64,000 bases of DNA. Origin: Aplysia californica (Eukaryota). Every line of letters starts with the position of its first letter. Within the stretch, counting starts at the first letter, position 1. Under the pieces are notes generated by a model. That model ran no database searches. It was not told the DNA's origin and saw only the letters and a program-made list of their open reading frames with translations. Shown one piece after another: positions 60,815 through 64,000 of this stretch. A program made the position numbers and the translations under genes. The stretch lies in the NCBI RefSeq assembly GCF_000002075.1, contig NW_004797437.1, forward strand, positions 532,972 through 596,971. Reading direction: 5' to 3'.

Positions 60815-62070
60815 GGTAATTTAATGTTTTATTAATCTTGTGCCCCTTGCAAAAGAGACAATTATGTATACACAACTTTACACAAATGAAAGGATGACAA
60901 ACCAAATGAGTGCGTGCGTGTTATACTCCCAGCAGAAAGCACAGTGTTAGGTGAATGAGAAGTAGACATCTCAGGGGTAACCTCATTGACTCATATATGG
61001 CAACCGTAAAACCCATTATCAGTAACATTGGCCACGTCAAGAAAAGGACACCGCACCAATTTTATTTAACAAAGACCACTTTCATCCCTTAGAACTGCAA
61101 GCCGTAAGTGACAAAAACCAGAAAAATAAAACTGTGAAACTATGGAAATAGAAACAAAGTATCATGGCGGATTCCAATATGTGGAGCACACACACACAAA
61201 AAATATAGGCTTCAAACACAGACAGGAATGTGCCACCATGCACAAAAACAAAAAAAAAGGTAAGACAATAGACAATTTGAGTAAAGAGAGGCACATCAAC
61301 GGCCATTTAGTGAGCGGAAAAAAAAGAGCAAGAAACAGAAGCAACGGAAGGAGGGAAAAGTTGTAGAACAAAAAGTAGGTAGAAGATGGACAAGAGACAA
61401 GAGTAAAACACATAGTCATCCTCAACAAGAGTATAAACTTAGTCACAATGGCTGTAAGAATAAGAATTAAAAAGATACAAATCGACAACGAAAAGAACAG
61501 TGATTGCCACTTCTGGTATGAGTTGAAATTAAATTCCCCGCAACTAGTACTAGGTCTATAATAACAGTTACAACAAAAGAAAAACAAATATAGGTAGCAA
61601 TAAGACGTGTTTCTGGTCAAATAGAATTTGATATCTTTAGATTTAAAAAAAATTACAGGATGAATTTCATAACATCAAGAGGGAAAAAAAACAAAACAAA
61701 ACCATGACCATGTACATGTCTTGGTTTTTGTGCTGCCACAAGGAATGAAACTTGCAAATTTATGTACTAGTACACAGCTAGCTATTACTGTACATTGCTT
61801 TATATTATTACTAATGGAAGCAATTTCAAACTGTCAGGGAAATAAATAATCACTGATCCCATAGGTGGATGAAATTCAGTGAACAGAAAAAGATGATGAA
61901 TATCAGAATAACATCAATACAATTTCAAGTGATGATGTACAAAGATCTTGATGAACACAATCTGATCTTTAAAAAGGATGGTGATGATGATGATGACAAT
62001 GTTTAAATGAAGATGAAAATTATTTGCAAAATAAAGAGAAAAACTGGTGAAATTTTATCCAAGCTGGCAA
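60815..62070 (-). other. Probable RBBP4 3' UTR
   Basis: U-rich on the minus strand; AATAAA at 61061-61066 and 60828-60833. Confidence 0.55.
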
Positions 62071-62139
62071 TTATGAAGTAGCTTGCTCCAAATCTCCAAC
62101 AGGCTGATCAACTTCCTCATCATTGTAGATATTCTCCGC
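62071..62139 (-). CDS. RBBP4: RBBP4/RBBP7 terminal coding exon (AENIYNDEEVDQPVGDLEQATS*)
   Basis: cccatag|GCG acceptor; the AENIYNDE motif follows QVWQM in this family; TAA stop. Confidence 0.95.
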   Translation of the reverse strand, partial: AENIYNDEEVDQPVGDLEQATS

Positions 62140-62849
62140 CTATGGGGAATGAACATAAAGTGATTAAGTTTTGGAGTTTTAAAATAATCAAGCCAATTAT
62201 AAGTATGAGATGACCCCCCCCCCCCCAATTATTTAAGATGAGTAAAGCTTTTATACCCGATGAAAAACATTATAATGTATTTGATACAATTGAGGACGGC
62301 CAGGCTTTCCTTCACGAAGAGGAAAAAGCAAACATTTTTGCACAATTTGACCAAGTCCACTAAAACCAAACATATTTCCTTTTCAGCGTGGCGGATCTGA
62401 TACATAAAAAAACAGCTAATCACAAGGCTACATTGGATTGTGGGATCAGATCTATTGTTTGCGCTTGGAATGCGATGGGGTCCTAGTGAACTTTGGTCAA
62501 ATTTGATGTGGGGGGGGGGAAGAAAAAAAAAGAAAAAAAAAGCTGAGGCCAATGTCGTTTTGTATGCACGGGGTAAGAGTTTCAGTAAAGAGAAATTCAT
62601 CTAAACAATAACCGTCAATTAGTGAAAGGAAAAAGCAAGATTGATAGACAAACAACAGTGGGAAAGAGAAGAAAGTGTAGGTTTTGCTTGAACTCCCATT
62701 CAACCAACAAAAACAAACCAAGTGTCAAACAGAATCCCACCCGACATAAACTTCTATTATCACAAACACCAATTATCTCCTAGAACATAGTAATTTGTAC
62801 CATTTGGTACATCAAAATAGTATAGCCATTAAAGGGTTAACACATTTTA

Positions 62850-62978
<129 letters not shown>

Positions 62979-64000
62979 CTAGTAGAGATTAAACAGTACA
63001 CGATAAGACTTATCTCACAACAAGACAATCATCATTAACTCATTCTGACTAATACATCTGCAGAGAAGAACATGACTAGTTCTTAAGATAATCCTTCTTT
63101 AAAATTTTAAAGGATGAGTGCCATCCACTAGAGATAGTAGAGGTCGGCTAAGACCTCATCAGCTTCAAGCCATATCTGTTCAGCTTTCGAGTTGGCACAG
63201 ATACTACACTCTGCTCTTAGCCAAATGGCTGTTCTTAAGATAATCTACTGTAATACCTGTTATGAAACCAAACTACTAAGCTGTAATATTGACAGTCGTC
63301 TTTACCTAGTACAAATACATCCCGCTGTGGGTAAAGACGAAGCAGAGAAAGGATAACAAAGAGACAATGACAAGAAAATCCAGAGCTGCCAACTCACATT
63401 AAGTAAAAAGAGTACAATTGATGGTGAAAAAGAAAAAAGAAAGTTTTTTTCCAATCAGTTGCTTTGAAATTTAAACTCTACCTTCTAGTCACTAAAATAA
63501 AACGTTTAAAATTTTTTTAAAAAGGATCTAAATCAAACTTTTAAAAACGATACTGTGTAGAATAAGCTCACTGAAAACATGTAAAAGTGATGTTTGGGTT
63601 GTTAGATGGGTGTACAGCTTCCTGAATCCCTTCGAGTTTTGAGCGGCTAAATGGGTCACAAATATCAACTGCAATTTCATTGGATGAACAAGGGACACGT
63701 CAGTACTGATGCTAGACACAAAGGAATGTAGGCTAACGGTACACAGACACAAGCAGACGGGCACATACACACATTTGTCCCACTTCAGATAAGCGATAGC
63801 GATGCTCAGACACGAGACCAGCAGGAACAAGATGTTACCGAACAACACTTTTGGAGGGAGAAATTTGCAGGGCAAGCAGAAGAAGACAAAATCTAAAATC
63901 CTAATGCTACCCCGCTGACATGAAAAAGATGTACAATATATTAAAAAGTCTTATTAGCGCACAATAGTTAAAACAAATGTAAGGATATGTAATTTTCGCG

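Noticed and set aside
61082-62721. Hydrophobic F/L-rich ORFs
   Set aside because: Translations of T-rich 3' UTR and intron sequence of RBBP4.

Overview
This is intron- and repeat-rich animal genomic DNA from a gapped scaffold, not prokaryotic. The repeat repertoire suggests a mollusc-like invertebrate (inference). Main contents: (1) A complete minus-strand gene assembled by hand from GT-AG boundaries with consistent phases: 18 coding exons, 50565 to 23061, 3606 nt of CDS, about 1201 aa. It encodes two AT-hooks, eight C2H2 fingers plus one C2HC finger, and acidic regions. A probable non-coding first exon and promoter lie near 53.4-53.6 kb. (2) The last two coding exons and 3' UTR of the histone chaperone RBBP4/RBBP7 (minus strand, 62978 to 62071). 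(3) A compact, intronless, stress-promoter-like unit at about 13.3-14.1 kb: heat-shock elements, an E-box and a TATA box, followed by two uORFs and an 83-aa orphan ORF. This is the best candidate for an undescribed system, but its expression is inferred, not shown. (4) A 38-bp minisatellite that has amplified a splice acceptor of the zinc-finger gene. (5) Many nested mobile elements: tRNA-SINEs, a headless SINE-like family sharing their tail, RTE and RNase-H LINE relics, Tc1 and mariner relics, piggyBac-like and pogo-like MITEs. All coordinates were read by eye. Exon boundaries were checked for phase; repeat boundaries are approximate.
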